Shown: positions 60,376 to 64,000 of the stretch, piece after piece
How positions within the stretch are numbered: position 1 is the first letter of the stretch
How the letters are laid out: each line of letters starts with the position of its first letter
NCBI RefSeq assembly: GCF_009914755.1
Contig: NC_060925.1
DNA: 64,000 bases
Reading direction: 5' to 3' (one strand)
DNA from: the human T2T-CHM13v2.0 reference genome, Homo sapiens
Translations under genes and position numbers: made by a program
Notes under the pieces: model-generated
What the model was told of the DNA's origin: nothing
What the model saw: the letters and a program-made list of their open reading frames with translations, nothing else
Databases searched by the model: none

Positions 60376-61813
60376 AATAAGGAAATAATGCCCTGTGACA
60401 ACCATTTATAGTCAGCAGAAATTTTGGTTTTAAAGTGCTTCAATTTCTTACCTTTCTCTGAAGTAATAATCAGGTTTTGCACATCATGTTACAGAAGTTC
60501 AAGAGAATGACAAGGAAATGAAGCAGGGCAGAAGAGATAGATGACTTGTTAGCAGGTCAGCCTCACAATTCTCATTACCTTAAATAGGTAAGGAGTAACT
60601 AACAATACCCATATTTCAACAGTATGTCAACACTTACATAAGTCTTTTAAAAATATGACTAGACCTTTGTCTTACCACATTAAAAACTCAATGGCATAAT
60701 TTTTCCTGGTACATATAGTATCTATAATTCAGCTATTTGTTCCAGTAGTGTAAATCCTAAACACACTGCTCAAGATAATTTTTAACCCTACCATTTCCCT
60801 GATAATTAAAGTCCCACCAGGGATAGGGATCACACTTCAAATGTTTCAAAAGGTCTTTTTACCAGTTGCTAATGTCTTCCTAGTTTTATACTTACCTCAA
60901 CTGAGAGGGCTAGAAGAATAATGACAAAGTAATCATCAATATGCATTTCTCAATATAAAGAAAAATATTTAAAATATATTAAAGGACTTTATCATTTAAA
61001 TGGGAGCTAGTATACCTAAAGAATACAACTAGAACACGAAAAACATATCCTATTATTTGCTTTCAAAATTCAAATTTTTATAGGTTAGATTTTCATAAAG
61101 TAAACATGTACCATGCTGTATCCTCTCTTAATATGAAATGTAAGAGGCCCACTCAGGATAGCAAATTGAATCGGTATTTACCAAACTTCAGAGAAAGAAA
61201 CTGAAGACAAAAGGAAAAGACCCTCTAGCATAAAAGTTATCTTAAAAGAATGACACTATTGCTTTTGTTTTTTAAATATTAAGGGCCAAAAACCAAAAAG
61301 AAGATAAACCCATATCACCTGGGGACATTTAAAATTATTTTATTATGTTCAATATTTAAAAGAAATTAAGAATTCAATATAGTCTCTAGGGTTTTATCTG
61401 TTTTTAAGAATTAGCTAGTGGTCAAATTATAACTTCCTCACTACTACTACTTTTTAAAAAATTAACTCTCAAGGAAATTTAGGTAAAAACAAAACTAAAT
61501 TTTCTGGTAGAAATGGTGATATACTGTCAGATCAGTAAAGAGACGTCCTCTTTTATTTTCTAAAAACTGTAACACTAGCCACTTATTTTTTTAAATGACA
61601 TTTCTAAATGCAATATTCATTTCGTAATGCTAAATTTTCCTTAGACTCCTTAGAATTAAGTTAGAAAAATATAACATTGTTTTCTTGAAAGGAAACAAGG
61701 AATCTTTTCCTTATTTTTATTTCTAATTTGGAATCTATAACTGAATAATAATTAAAATCTCTTAAGATTAGCTCTTCTACAATCAACTTTAAACTGTTAA
61801 AGGAAATACTTAC

Positions 61814-61846
61814 TGGTTGCTCTGGTAAATCTTGCTCTTCTTCCAT
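61814..61846 (-). CDS. EYA3: EYA3 exon 2 coding part, MEEEQDLPEQP
   Basis: ATG at 61846-61844; donor CCA|gtaagt; 33 nt, phase 0. Confidence 0.96.
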
Positions 61847-61914
61847 GAGGACCAATATTTCTTTATTATACTTATGTGACTGGATTGCAAGTCTCTCTCA
61901 GCAGTTTTCACAAT
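61847..61914 (-). other. EYA3: 5' UTR part of exon 2 (68 nt)
   Basis: acceptor tcctcctttttaaaaacag|ATTGTG at 61915-61916; in-frame stop upstream of the ATG. Confidence 0.8.
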
Positions 61915-63536
61915 CTGTTTTTAAAAAGGAGGATTCAAAGCTTTATACACTCTTAAAGTATTATCATTGAGGCCATCAGAGAATGATTTTTTAGTATCTT
62001 GCTACCCCAAGCTTTCTACGTGAGTTCCAATCACAAAATCTCAAACCTGCACGTGGCTTTTCAAAAATGACATGCTACACCAAATCAAGAGAGGTGTACA
62101 CAATGACTTTTATAATACCTTGCAAAAGCCAACATGTGGAACCACTTCTGCTGGTTACTATGGTGCCTAATGCATTGAACATTTTACAATGACAGCCACG
62201 TGCAGATAATAAAATATTTTTTTAAGGATTAGAGTTACACTAAAAATGATAGGGACTGGCCTAGCAAGTCAGCAAGTTATGATAACATCTAACCTGCTTT
62301 AATGTGGAACATTTACATAACTGTTAACACAGACACACAGAATCACTTTAAATAGGACAAACCGGAATATCAACTAAATGCATTCACAACCAACTATCTG
62401 TCTATATGTCATCAATTTCAAGGAAAACTCAATTCTTCTGCATCTCAATAATAAAAATAAATAAGTAGAGTGAAACCTTGACTTTTAGAACTAAAGAAAA
62501 TAATCATCCAAAGATAGGACCTAATTTAATTCTGAAATAATGAACTTCTACTAACTGTACTGCCCAATTATTTAAGCAAAATCTTTACGTTCTCAGACCC
62601 TGCTCTTTCTGTCCTGATTTTCAAACAAAAAAGGAAAAATGGGATTCTAAGTCCACCTTACCATGTCCTACTGACAGGAGACAAAGAGACAAAAATTAGA
62701 AAGCTGCATACATTATAAAAATGAAATACTCCATTTCTATCTAACAAAAGTGAAACCAGCACTTCTCCCAAAAGATGTGATTGCTTGTATATTTAATTAA
62801 AGTCACAGCTGTTTTTAGCTTTTCTACCAACCACTGTACCTAACTCACATACAAAGCTAAAGTAAGTATATAATCTTATCACACAAGTACTGAAAATAGA
62901 CAAATAACAAGAAAACCAAAAACTTGTTATGCCAGTATACCACCACTCTACTTCTATTACTCTGTCGTGTTGCAATACAACACAACTTTATTTTAGAGCC
63001 ACACTCCAGAATGTGAAAAGGAGAGAAAACACACATAAGGTTACAATTAGATGCAAAGTTGTCCAACTCTAACACAGCTTTATTCCCTACCCCAATTTAG
63101 AATATCAAAAGAAAAAAGAAGTTTAAAGGTCAGAAGCACTTGATGCTCAATGCTCTCACTGTAGCTCATACACAGAGCCTCAAAAGCTAAGTTCTCCTAC
63201 TACATGACACAGGTAACTAGTGATACAGAATTACAGAGTGCAATAAGTAAAGCTCATAGGAGCTATCTTCCCTGCACTTGTTTTGCTCAGCTTAGAACAA
63301 CACAGTCAATGTGACCTAAAACTGATTCACAGCTATGAAAGATCAAACATTTTTGGTTTTACTAGTTTATGTCTTAGTTTCAAATTGAAGTATCTTTTCT
63401 TTAAGGGACAATCCTTTTCATTTTATACTGTCTAAATGTACATTATGTACATATATTATTTCATCCCATTAGAAACAACAAAATAGGACCACATCATTAG
63501 AGAAATGGAATACCTTCAATACCTCATTTGTTGGAT

Positions 63537-63830
<294 letters not shown>

Positions 63831-64000
63831 AAGTTGTTGATTTTTTGTGTGACCAGTTCTCATCCATAGAAAACTTACAACATTACATGTTTTCCCTAAT
63901 TGAAGGCCATGACTATAAAACTACAATCTCTAGTATATTTTCAGCAAGGGAGATAAAAGGGATATCCACTCCACCATGGGGGAAGAGTTATAAATTTCAT

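Overview
Human-like (primate) genomic DNA, very Alu-dense, lying entirely inside the EYA3 gene (EYA transcriptional coactivator and phosphatase 3) on the minus strand. Twelve exons can be read directly with GT-AG boundaries (numbered 2-13 by reference to the known gene). They run from the start-codon exon at 61814-61914 to the exon at 1152-1210 and splice into one open frame of 1142 nt (codons 1-381). This covers the P/S/T/Y-rich N-terminal region and the start of the HAD-family Eya domain (WDLDET). Exon 1 and the C-terminal exons lie outside the window. The introns hold roughly 55-60 Alu copies or fragments, old L1 remnants (one with an intact target-site duplication next to a splice acceptor), L2/MIR, MER5/MER20 DNA transposons, a probable ERVL-type solo LTR, a full-length 7SL pseudogene and microsatellites. 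No prokaryotic-type system or second protein-coding gene is supported, and most ORF-track entries are Alu/L1 artefacts. The most interesting leads concern splicing and translation: an RBFOX motif cluster after cassette exon 7, two candidate microexons flanking the ATG exon that would divert initiation away from Met1, a candidate poison exon, and a coding-competent exon 2-6 circle. All of these are hypotheses that need RNA data. Repeat boundaries are approximate.
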